Virus record (IMG/VR): IMGVR_UViG_2651869755_000006
Span: 1 to 23,254 of that record
Strand: one strand, 5' to 3'
Length of the DNA: 23,254 nucleotides
Source of the DNA: a virus
Lineage: Duplodnaviria > Heunggongvirae > Uroviricota > Caudoviricetes
Shown: piece by piece, positions 16,878 to 23,254 of the stretch
Layout: the number at the start of each line of letters is the position of its first letter
How positions within the stretch are numbered: the stretch's first letter is position 1
Translations under genes and position numbers: made by a program
The notes under the pieces: model-generated
Seen by the model: the letters and a program-made list of their open reading frames with translations, nothing else
What the model was told of the DNA's origin: nothing
Databases searched by the model: none

Positions 16878-17936
16878 TTATGCTTTCCACTTCAGAACAC
16901 CCGAATTTCTCGCGTGCATTAAAAAACGAATCAGCAACAACAGCTGACTGCCGTGTTTTTCTTCAAAATCTTTTACTCCGGCATGTAGTTTGTTATGGCA
17001 TTTACGGCACAACGGAATAACAAACAAATCGTCAGCCTTTGTTCCCATCCCTCCCAGTCCATGACCAATGATGTGATGCGGATCATCTGCCTGATTACCG
17101 CACGTCATGCATTTCTGCGTTTTTACCCAGCGCGTGTATACAGGCATCTCTTCCCGTTGTGGTTTCTGGCGCTGGAGATACTGAGCCGGTGACTCCGGAT
17201 CAACGGCAATGCTGACCACCGTCTTTTCCTGTGGCCGGATTTGTTGCTGGTGGGCGTGAGGCAGCGGCGCAAGATTTTTTGTGCGCTGCTTCAGTATGCT
17301 GGTGGCGGTCTGCTCTCCCGGTACGATGTCGCTTTCACGGTACATTGAGCGGATTTTTTCCACACGCAACCCCAGCGAACGACGTAATACCGCTTCCGGT
17401 AGCGCGTCCACCACCTGATTGCGGACCGCCCACCAGGATAATTCAGCCAGCGATAATTCCCGTTCCTGCGAGCCATTCATTGCATGGCGTATGACGTCAA
17501 TCATCCATGCAGACAGGTTTTGGTGAGCAAGTTGCCCGAGTGATTCGGAGGTCTGGTCGCGCAGTTGGTTGTCGCAGTGCCAGCACAACACCATTGCGCC
17601 GGTACCATAACGGTGAATGACGGTTTCACTGTGGTGATAATCGCCGTGTGGCCACTGGCAGGATTTAACATGGCGCAGTAACCAGTCAGACAATGCGCCA
17701 GCGCCACCAGCAGCACGAATCACTCGTTCGTCGCTGAAAAATGGCAGCAATGTTTTGTCTTCCACTAGCGGCTGGCGAACGGCAGGAACAACCCCGGACG
17801 GCAGATTACGCATGCTTTTCGGTTCCGGCTCCACCAGTACCCGGGTATTGTGGAATACCGGCATGGATTCACGGCCCGGCTTAACGATCACCAGCCCGAG
17901 TTCCGGTACCAGAACAGGTCGAAGTAATACCCGCAC
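16878..17936 (-). CDS. DUF968/YdfU-like protein with C-terminal HNH-like zinc-finger motif, 352 aa (GTG start)
   Basis: C-terminal CMTCGNQADDPHHIIGHGLGG...IPLCRKCHNKLH motif; position between the rem-like gene and rusA mirrors ydfU in the E. coli K-12 Qin prophage; family name from memory. Confidence 0.5.
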   Translation of the reverse strand: MRVLLRPVLVPELGLVIVKPGRESMPVFHNTRVLVEPEPKSMRNLPSGVVPAVRQPLVEDKTLLPFFSDERVIRAAGGAGALSDWLLRHVKSCQWPHGDYHHSETVIHRYGTGAMVLCWHCDNQLRDQTSESLGQLAHQNLSAWMIDVIRHAMNGSQERELSLAELSWWAVRNQVVDALPEAVLRRSLGLRVEKIRSMYRESDIVPGEQTATSILKQRTKNLAPLPHAHQQQIRPQEKTVVSIAVDPESPAQYLQRQKPQREEMPVYTRWVKTQKCMTCGNQADDPHHIIGHGLGGMGTKADDLFVIPLCRKCHNKLHAGVKDFEEKHGSQLLLLIRFLMHARNSGVLKWKA

Positions 17937-17937
17937 G

Positions 17938-18216
17938 TTACCTCCAGATGCGTTGCTGGAATGTGCGGGACGGACGCGGTGGGCGTTCGGAGTAAGGAAG
18001 CCTGACGGAGATTACCCAGTGACGATAATCGAGGCTGAGGGCTTTCTTAATCTCGTATCCGTGTCTGCGGTAGCACTGAATTAGCCACTCGGCCTGTTCT
18101 TCAGTGCATGGGGGATGCTGGAACCAGTCAGATTTGAAAGTGCGGGAACGCCGCCCGTGCCTGCTGGCAAAGACGGCAGAATCATCAGAATTGTGTAATT
18201 TGGTATCGTGCGCCAT
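17938..18216 (-). CDS. Hypothetical protein (position of rem in the Qin prophage), ~92 aa from the first ATG; ORF track extends to a TTG at 18270
   Basis: ORF ending 1 nt before the ydfU-like GTG start; no motif recognised. Confidence 0.4.
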   Translation of the reverse strand: MAHDTKLHNSDDSAVFASRHGRRSRTFKSDWFQHPPCTEEQAEWLIQCYRRHGYEIKKALSLDYRHWVISVRLPYSERPPRPSRTFQQRIWR

Positions 18217-18288
18217 CGGTTGTCTCTGCTGGCGCAGCAGGTGCCAGTTGTTCAGGCTGGCGTGCGGCAATATTGTCTCTGATTTCTG

Positions 18289-18316
18289 TTGTCGTCAACA
18301 GGCAGCGTGCTATCAT
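18289..18316 (+). promoter_or_regulatory. Candidate sigma-70 promoter for parDE
   Basis: TTGTCG (-35), 16-nt spacer, TATCAT (-10), about 35 nt upstream of the parD start. Confidence 0.35.
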
Positions 18317-18351
18317 CGAATAGTGTTCTATCCTACTCCGTGAGGTTTACC

Positions 18352-18609
18352 ATGCGTACAACCCAACAATTCAGCATTACATTAACTAACGAGATGGCTG
18401 ACATGGTGCGCGCCCGTGTGGCTTCCGGTGCCTATGCTTCAGAAAGCGAGGTCATTCGTGAAGGGCTTCGCGCACTGAATGAGCGCGATAAAGCAATCGA
18501 AGCGTGGTTAACGCATTCAGCCGCCCCCTCTCTTGATTCTATCCGCGAAAATCCAAACAACGGACGCTCCATTTCACAGGTTCGCGCCGCGATTCGATCC
18601 GGGAAGTAA
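18352..18609 (+). CDS. parD: ParD-family ribbon-helix-helix antitoxin, 85 aa
   Basis: GAGG Shine-Dalgarno 7 nt before the ATG at 18352; ...RARVASGAYASESEVIREGLRALNERDKAIEAWL... matches the ParD motif (G-Y-SASEV-R-LR-L); immediately followed by a ParE-like ORF. Confidence 0.7.
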   Translation: MRTTQQFSITLTNEMADMVRARVASGAYASESEVIREGLRALNERDKAIEAWLTHSAAPSLDSIRENPNNGRSISQVRAAIRSGK

Positions 18610-18614
18610 TCTGC

Positions 18615-18914
18615 ATGACATTTGAAGTCATCATTACCCCCGAGGCCGAACAGCAGATAATAAACCTGCACGGATATATAACGGAGAAAGCAGGAAGCGT
18701 CATTGCTGACAATTATGCCAATGCGCTTCTTGATTATCTTGATGGGTTTTCTACATTCCCACATCGGGGCAATAAACGCGATGATATTCGCCAGGGAATG
18801 CGAGTAACTCACTTCCGCCACAGAACGATTATTGCTTTTGCCGTTGATGGCAATAAAGTCTTTATCGCTGGCGTTTACCATGGAGGGCAAAGTTATGAAT
18901 CTGACTTTTTATAG
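18615..18914 (+). CDS. parE: ParE/RelE-superfamily toxin, 99 aa
   Basis: Starts 5 nt after the ParD stop; C-terminal ...RVTHFRHRTIIAFAVDGNKVFIAGVYHGGQSYESDFL resembles the ParE/RelE fold signature. Confidence 0.65.
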   Translation: MTFEVIITPEAEQQIINLHGYITEKAGSVIADNYANALLDYLDGFSTFPHRGNKRDDIRQGMRVTHFRHRTIIAFAVDGNKVFIAGVYHGGQSYESDFL

Positions 18915-18975
18915 TTTATATTTTCACTAACAAAAAACTTAAATAACCAAGAAACACTTATAAAAGGGCTTCTAA

Positions 18976-19329
18976 ATGAATAAAACAATTTGTTTTCTAT
19001 TGGTTTTTGCAATTTCAGGATGCGTCAACCCTTATAACTACAGAGAAGAACAAAATGTTATTATCTCGTTCAAAACAAATTCTCCACCACAAGAAATACA
19101 AGAATGCATTCTCAGTGAGTGGCAGCGTACACCTCTCTTAGCCACTATCACGTCTCAAAAAATTGGCAAGTATTACAGCGTATTAGCGGTTGCAGATAAT
19201 GCCGACATTTATAAGTTGGCAGATGGTTCTACTATCATTGATTTTTATTCCCTTCGAGGGGGCTTAGACCCCACCAATGGGAAAAGCAAGAGGATTCAGG
19301 GAATTAAATCATGTATTAGCACTAAATAA
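18976..19329 (+). CDS. Putative lipoprotein of unknown function in an AT-rich cargo segment, 117 aa
   Basis: MNKTICFLLVFAISGC signal peptide with lipobox Cys; gene and its 61-bp leader are visibly more AT-rich than flanking phage DNA. Confidence 0.6.
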   Translation: MNKTICFLLVFAISGCVNPYNYREEQNVIISFKTNSPPQEIQECILSEWQRTPLLATITSQKIGKYYSVLAVADNADIYKLADGSTIIDFYSLRGGLDPTNGKSKRIQGIKSCISTK

Positions 19330-19404
19330 TCATCAGTTCGAACCCAGAAACAGCCAAATAGATTTTATCTCAGGTGCGTTGAGGATGCCTGACACATCAG
19401 AGGT

Positions 19405-19426
19405 GGCGAGGGATTTCTCCCCCGCC
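19405..19426. terminator. Hairpin in the convergent gap between the lipoprotein gene and hok
   Basis: GGCGAGGG-ATTTCT-CCCCCGCC inverted repeat, 8 nt past the hok stop and 75 nt past the lipoprotein stop; no strong U-tract on either side. Confidence 0.3.
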
Positions 19427-19433
19427 TGGTCTC

Positions 19434-19589
19434 TTACTCCTCAGGTTCGTAAGCTGTGAAGACAGTGACCTCCGTCTGGCCGGTTCGGATTCGTACCTCG
19501 CAGAGGTCTTTCCTCGTTACCAGTGCCGTCACAATGACGGTAATACAGATGACGATCAGGGCGACTAACATCGCCTTTTGCTGCTTCAT
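19434..19589 (-). CDS. hok: Hok-family type I toxin, 51 aa
   Basis: MKQQKAMLVALIVICITVIVTALVTRKDLCEVRIRTGQTEVTVFTAYEPEE is near-identical to E. coli Hok/Gef family proteins as I recall them; AAGGAG Shine-Dalgarno 9 nt upstream. Confidence 0.85.
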   Translation of the reverse strand: MKQQKAMLVALIVICITVIVTALVTRKDLCEVRIRTGQTEVTVFTAYEPEE

Positions 19590-19646
19590 AGCCTGCTTCT
19601 CCTTGCCTTTCGGCGCGTAAGAGGCTAACCTAGATTTGCCGTTCAT
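19434..19646 (-). CDS. mok: Mok-like in-frame upstream reading frame overlapping hok, 70 aa
   Basis: In-frame ATG 19 codons upstream of the hok start, as in chromosomal mokC/hokC pairs. Confidence 0.5.
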   Translation of the reverse strand: MNGKSRLASYAPKGKEKQAMKQQKAMLVALIVICITVIVTALVTRKDLCEVRIRTGQTEVTVFTAYEPEE

Positions 19647-19800
19647 AGATTGAGCCTCAGATTAATGTTAAGCGTCTTGCCGGACGCGTAATGTTAACTG
19701 GGGCTTTTCTCTATCTGCCTTTTGGTGTTCATGCCTGAGACAGATAGCCTCAAGCACCCGCAGCAATTCTACTTAACTCTCCTTTTCCCGCAAACCGTTT

Positions 19801-19884
19801 TTATCCCCAGCGGCAAATCGAATACACCATCAGCGTCACCGCCATCGCAATTCCTACCGTTGTTAATGCTTCAGGCCAGGTCAT
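19801..19884 (-). CDS. Small hydrophobic peptide, 27 aa, coupled to the upstream gene
   Basis: Reads [27 protein letters not shown]; ATGA overlap with the stop of the 114-aa gene; GGAGG 11 nt upstream. Below the ORF-track size cut-off. Confidence 0.25.
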   Translation of the reverse strand: MTWPEALTTVGIAMAVTLMVYSICRWG

Positions 19885-20225
19885 CGTAAAATATCCTCCA
19901 CGCTTATCAGTCCGTTCCGCTCCAGATAACTCATCGCCTTATCCGGTAATTTGCAGTCTGGCTTCGCTTTCCTCAGTTGCCAGGTTAACTGCTTTACCAG
20001 CATGGTTAACTCATCGACCAGACGCTGATATCCCACTGGTTTGTATTCATGCAATTTACCGGCTGGCTCTGCTGCCAGCGATACCAGTGCGATTTCCAGA
20101 ACAGCAATATCCATCTTATATGTGCGGATGATGTCATGGTCGATTGTACCCGGTATGCACAGTCTCTGTGCTTCAATAGTCTCCTCTGCGTGAGCTATTA
20201 ACTGCTCTCTGGTAAAAGTCGTCAT
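19881..20225 (-). CDS. Hypothetical early protein, 114 aa
   Basis: ORF with ATGA overlap to the upstream 55-aa ORF; N-terminus resembles that ORF. Confidence 0.55.
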   Translation of the reverse strand: MTTFTREQLIAHAEETIEAQRLCIPGTIDHDIIRTYKMDIAVLEIALVSLAAEPAGKLHEYKPVGYQRLVDELTMLVKQLTWQLRKAKPDCKLPDKAMSYLERNGLISVEDILR

Positions 20226-20389
20226 GCCGTAGCCCCTTCTTGATATTTTTCAAACCAGAACACAACTGGCTCTGCTTCCAGCGATGCCAGCGCAATCCGT
20301 GCCAGTTCCATTTGTTCACCACGGGTAAGCCCGTTTTCAAGCGGGTTTTTAATGAACAATTCAATACGTTCTTTGGTAATAGTGGTCAT
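20222..20389 (-). CDS. Hypothetical small protein, 55 aa (not in the ORF track)
   Basis: Reads [55 protein letters not shown]; AGGAG Shine-Dalgarno upstream; stop overlaps the next start. Confidence 0.45.
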   Translation of the reverse strand: MTTITKERIELFIKNPLENGLTRGEQMELARIALASLEAEPVVFWFEKYQEGATA

Positions 20390-20399
20390 GTGTTACTCC

Positions 20400-20663
20400 T
20401 TAACCCGCAGTGCTTTCAACTGATGAGGGGAACAAAATCTTTTCATCAAACCCTGCATTCATATCATGAACAGCAACACACCAATCCATCGACGAACGAT
20501 TATCAAGAGCCTCCATGATTTCATCCATGCGGCGTAGGTCATACAGGTAAATGCTTTTATCGCCAATGGTGTAAAAACCAATTTTTTTCGGTGATGGGCA
20601 GCGATCAAGAACGTCCTGTAATTCGTTCAACCATGCCCGTTCTTTTTTTGTCAAAGTTGCCAT
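20400..20663 (-). CDS. Hypothetical early protein, 87 aa
   Basis: ORF preceded by AAAGGAGAG Shine-Dalgarno within the repeated linker; starts 1 nt after the upstream stop. Confidence 0.55.
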   Translation of the reverse strand: MATLTKKERAWLNELQDVLDRCPSPKKIGFYTIGDKSIYLYDLRRMDEIMEALDNRSSMDWCVAVHDMNAGFDEKILFPSSVESTAG

Positions 20664-20664
20664 A

Positions 20665-21156
20665 TCACTCTCCTTTGATGCGAATACCAGTGGTACTCAT
20701 TATCCTGATTTCCCAGAGCACACGAGGAACACCACCGTTTCCGACTGGATCGCGTTTACTCCGCAGGGCGACGCTTGATTCCGCCCAGCTTTTTCTTGGA
20801 GGAAGCTCTTTCACACGAACAAAACCAGCTGCGCGAAGAGATGCTCCTGATTCATCTGCCCGGGTGTACGTAATACAACGTTGATAACCCATAGCTTTTG
20901 CTGCCCGCCAGACAGCACCATAAAGCGCGCTGTTAGCGTTGCGTTCTCCTGTGGTACATGTGCGATTTACTTCAAGCGTTAATCCATCATCCAAATGTCG
21001 TGCAACAGGTCGACCGGCTGTCGCCACACCTATCAATTCTCCGGCATCATTTCTCAGACCAATGCTGAATTTATGCCCCACCGGGGGTTTATTGTGTCGG
21101 TGATGTCTGGATATAAACGCCTTCGCAACACGAAGAGTAACCGGTGAAATTTGCAT
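20665..21156 (-). CDS. Hypothetical early protein, ~163 aa from the ATG at 21156
   Basis: Internal ATG at 21156 has the AAAGGAGAG linker Shine-Dalgarno; the ORF-track start at 21195 would overlap the upstream gene. C-terminus ...GIRIKGE is encoded by the linker repeat. Confidence 0.55.
   Translation of the reverse strand: MQISPVTLRVAKAFISRHHRHNKPPVGHKFSIGLRNDAGELIGVATAGRPVARHLDDGLTLEVNRTCTTGERNANSALYGAVWRAAKAMGYQRCITYTRADESGASLRAAGFVRVKELPPRKSWAESSVALRSKRDPVGNGGVPRVLWEIRIMSTTGIRIKGE
20668..20690 (-). repeat. Linker repeat copy A: CTGGTATTCGCATCAAAGGAGAG (minus-strand sense)
   Basis: 23-bp sequence shared with copy C (one mismatch) and in its 3' 15 nt with copy B; encodes the ...GIRIKGE C-terminus and the Shine-Dalgarno of the next gene. 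Confidence 0.7.
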
Positions 21157-21158
21157 TC

Positions 21159-21518
21159 TCACTCTCCTTTGATGCCAATGTTTACAGACTGGCAAGCCTC
21201 TTTGAGCACCCAGTCAACAGCGTCTTTCCATGCTCCGGTTTCGACTGGCGGATTCTCACGCTTTACCTGTTCATAGAAACGCACTGCTTTAATCAATCCT
21301 TCTGGTGTCAGTGGCACAGGCGGGGCAGTGAATAACGCCTGAATTTCATAGTTCGGTCTGTCGTTGCAATCCTCTTTTGTCGGTACATATTTCCAGTCAC
21401 CAACCCACTGCTTCCCCTGAAAGTCTGTAACGCCTTTTTTCACGTAGCGATATCGCCATGCCACTGGTTTTGCCTGCCCTGCCTTTTCATGCCCTTCCTG
21501 ATAATTAATCTCGCTCAT
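21159..21518 (-). CDS. Hypothetical early protein, 119 aa
   Basis: ORF ending ...NIGIKGE on the linker repeat; its start overlaps the stop of the upstream acidic ORF (ATGA). Confidence 0.55.
   Translation of the reverse strand: MSEINYQEGHEKAGQAKPVAWRYRYVKKGVTDFQGKQWVGDWKYVPTKEDCNDRPNYEIQALFTAPPVPLTPEGLIKAVRFYEQVKRENPPVETGAWKDAVDWVLKEACQSVNIGIKGE
21162..21176 (-). repeat. Linker repeat copy B: GGCATCAAAGGAGAG
   Basis: Encodes ...IGIKGE-stop and the Shine-Dalgarno of the next gene. Confidence 0.6.
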
Positions 21519-21691
21519 TCATCGCCCCACTCATCACAATATGCTTCGACCGGTGTTTTCCCTGCTTCATAATCATCACGCCATGCTTCAGCATCAGCGG
21601 CACTTCCACCGCGTAACTCTGCATAATCCATTAACAGTTCATGCCATTCTTCAAAACTGGCGTTATATTTAGTTGAACCAAAATCAGCCAT
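21515..21691 (-). CDS. Small highly acidic protein, 58 aa (not in the ORF track)
   Basis: Reads MADFGSTKYNASFEEWHELLMDYAELRGGSAADAEAWRDDYEAGKTPVEAYCDEWGDE; 16 Asp/Glu against 4 Lys/Arg; translationally coupled on both sides. Confidence 0.45.
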   Translation of the reverse strand: MADFGSTKYNASFEEWHELLMDYAELRGGSAADAEAWRDDYEAGKTPVEAYCDEWGDE

Positions 21692-21866
21692 TTTGTTCTT
21701 CCTCTTCGTCTTTTATTTCGTGGTATGAGTAATTGCAGTAGTTAAAGAAAATATCTTTAGCTTCATCCTGTATTTCATCTGGTGTTGCATCATCATCCAC
21801 TTCGAATTCATCCTCGAAATCTCCACCGGCTATTCCCGTTTCAATAATTATTTTGAATTTTCGCAT
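21684..21866 (-). CDS. Small highly acidic protein, 60 aa
   Basis: Reads MRKFKIIIETGIAGGDFEDEFEVDDDATPDEIQDEAKDIFFNYCNYSYHEIKDEEEEQNG; 20 Asp/Glu against 5 Lys/Arg; 8-nt overlap with the next acidic ORF. Confidence 0.5.
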   Translation of the reverse strand: MRKFKIIIETGIAGGDFEDEFEVDDDATPDEIQDEAKDIFFNYCNYSYHEIKDEEEEQNG

Positions 21867-21961
21867 TTCACTACCGCCCTTTCGGACGGCCTCCTGATGT
21901 TCTGAGGGTGCAGAAATCCCTCCGGTTAAGGATTTGATTTTATTTACAGTGCTAAATTTAA

Positions 21962-22318
21962 TTATTCAGTTCTGGATTTTGTCGCCCTGCGTATCCGCGC
22001 TTTCGCGTTACGCTCAATCTGAATTAACTTTTCTATATTTTTCCGCCTTTCCTGTTCCTCCTGGCGCAATAGCCTTACATCATCTGCCAGTCTGGTTTCT
22101 CTTTTCGCCACAGAGAGCATCCAGTCAAACGGCTCCACAACTGCACCGCAGATTTTACAGCGGACCTGACGCTCTTTTTCGTCAACCCGGACAGAAGCGT
22201 GATGGCAATATGGTCTTTCCGATGGCTCATAAAGAAAATTAACCTGATTACGAGGGTCATCCTCTTTTACCGGAAATAAAACGATATTGCTTAACTCATC
22301 CTCTGGTTTTATTTCCAT
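21962..22318 (-). CDS. Hypothetical protein with Cys/His cluster and basic helical C-terminus, ~119 aa from the ATG at 22318
   Basis: YCHHASVRVDEKERQVRCKICG possible zinc-binding cluster, then RRKNIEKLIQIERNAKARIRRATKSR; AAAGGAGAGG linker Shine-Dalgarno before the ATG at 22318. Confidence 0.5.
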   Translation of the reverse strand: MEIKPEDELSNIVLFPVKEDDPRNQVNFLYEPSERPYCHHASVRVDEKERQVRCKICGAVVEPFDWMLSVAKRETRLADDVRLLRQEEQERRKNIEKLIQIERNAKARIRRATKSRTE

Positions 22319-22322
22319 GCTC

Positions 22323-22345
22323 CTCTCCTTTGATGCGAATGCCAG
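22323..22345 (-). repeat. Linker repeat copy C: CTGGCATTCGCATCAAAGGAGAG
   Basis: Lies in a 58-nt intergenic gap and supplies the Shine-Dalgarno for the gene starting at 22318. Confidence 0.7.
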
Positions 22346-22375
22346 CGGTAATTGAAGCCTGATAGCTAATTTCAC

Positions 22376-22813
22376 TCACAGTACCGTCTCCTGAAAATTA
22401 CCCTGATAGAAAGCCAGTACACGCTGCATAGCTTCACTCTTCCGGCACTCGCGACAGATTATGTTTAGGCGCCTGTCGTAGCGGCGTATTTCGCCGTCTG
22501 GTAATAGCCAGATAAGGTCCGGATCAACCACAGATGGTTTCTTCAGCTTTGCCCTTGAGAGTTTTTTGCGGGCGTTTTGCCAGTCCTTGCGCGCCTGCTC
22601 AGACGGGAATACTCCGTAACCAGAATTGTAAACATCACCACTGGCGGCCAGCTCCATGCATAAACGACCGACAGACGCATGACTGACACCAATTTCATCC
22701 GATAACTGCCGAATCGTGCCTCGTCCGTTAAGGCGTACGAATTCCACGATCAGCCCTTTAATTTTTTCCCGCTCTTCTTGTGTAAATACTTTTGCCATAA
22801 GCGCCTCCGGCAA
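22376..22813 (-). CDS. Putative winged-helix DNA-binding protein, 145 aa
   Basis: HTH-like segment GTIRQLSDEIGVSHASVGRLCMELAASGDV; similar layout to the adjacent upstream ORF. Confidence 0.5.
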   Translation of the reverse strand: MPEALMAKVFTQEEREKIKGLIVEFVRLNGRGTIRQLSDEIGVSHASVGRLCMELAASGDVYNSGYGVFPSEQARKDWQNARKKLSRAKLKKPSVVDPDLIWLLPDGEIRRYDRRLNIICRECRKSEAMQRVLAFYQGNFQETVL

Positions 22814-23251
22814 TCACTTTTCCGATACAACACGGCGGGAAGAATCAGTAATCTGTCGAACAATATCCCGGTGCTTGTTCAGCTCCCGCAGCGCGGCGCA
22901 GACTCGCTCCCACTTCTGAACATCACTTTTCGCCCTGCGCAGCGCCAGGTTTGCCCTGCGAAGGGACGGAAAAATCAGCTCATCTGCTTGCGTTTCGGTA
23001 AACGCAGCACCTGCTGGCTGAGGAAAGGCCTTACCATCACTTTCCGTTACCAGCGCGGCTTTCGGCTCTGCTGGTAAATTATCGCCCGGCATGCAGTAAC
23101 GAAATTTACCGTTCTGATTAACGCGTGCCAGCCGCCCCGTTGCGGTTACCACCGCCAGCGTGGAAGCAACCTTGCGAGTACTGACACCGAACTTACCCGC
23201 CAGTTCCTCACACGTTTTAGCCCCATCCTGACCGATAAACTCAATCATCAT
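22814..23251 (-). CDS. Putative winged-helix DNA-binding protein, 145 aa; start is 3 nt from the window edge so the N-terminus may be incomplete
   Basis: HTH-like segment [28 protein letters not shown]; stop abuts the next gene. Confidence 0.45.
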   Translation of the reverse strand: MMIEFIGQDGAKTCEELAGKFGVSTRKVASTLAVVTATGRLARVNQNGKFRYCMPGDNLPAEPKAALVTESDGKAFPQPAGAAFTETQADELIFPSLRRANLALRRAKSDVQKWERVCAALRELNKHRDIVRQITDSSRRVVSEK

Positions 23252-23254
23252 GTC

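Noticed and set aside
16995-17494. Plus-strand ORFs and a 61-aa minus-strand ORF inside the ydfU-like gene
   Set aside because: Nested in or antisense to a 352-aa ORF with a conserved C-terminal motif; wrong-frame composition.
18432-18890. 152-aa minus-strand ORF antisense to parD and parE
   Set aside because: Completely overlaps the well-supported parDE pair on the opposite strand and has no start signals; the TA genes explain the region.
21867-21961. 95-bp intergenic gap with two hairpins as a possible terminator or small RNA
   Set aside because: Neither hairpin (GAGGG..CCCTC, or CCGTCC-GAAA-GGGCGG) is followed by a U-tract on either strand; more likely leader structure for the acidic-protein genes. 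Not called as a feature.
1-23254. CRISPR arrays, IS elements, integrase or attachment sites
   Set aside because: Looked for short regularly spaced direct repeats, terminal inverted repeats and tyrosine recombinase-like ORFs; none seen. The integration module evidently lies outside this window.

Overview
The whole 23.3 kb window is a slice of a lambdoid prophage from an Escherichia/Shigella-like host, with almost every gene on the minus strand (transcribed right to left). Reading in the direction of transcription: a tightly packed, overlapping block of about ten small early (nin-like) genes of unknown function (23251 to 19801); a hok/mok type I toxin locus; a plus-strand insert of a parDE type II toxin-antitoxin pair and an AT-rich lipoprotein gene, the only plus-strand genes; then a DUF968/YdfU-like gene, rusA and a Q-like antiterminator, followed by a candidate pR'/tR' pair and three tRNA genes; a phage-21-type lysis cassette (pinholin, an extra unknown gene, SAR endolysin, nested Rz/Rz1); an HNH endonuclease and putative cos region; HK97-type head genes (terminase small and large subunits, portal, prohead protease, capsid, connectors); and lambda-type tail genes (major tail, G/GT chaperone with a -1 frameshift site, tape measure, M, L, start of K). 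I recognise no complete known defence system. The candidates for new biology are the TA-plus-lipoprotein insert converging on hok, the unknown gene inside the lysis cassette, two tandem very acidic small proteins, and a 15-23 bp linker repeated at three gene junctions. All calls come from reading the sequence and ORF track by eye; no database search was run, so family names are from memory and should be confirmed.
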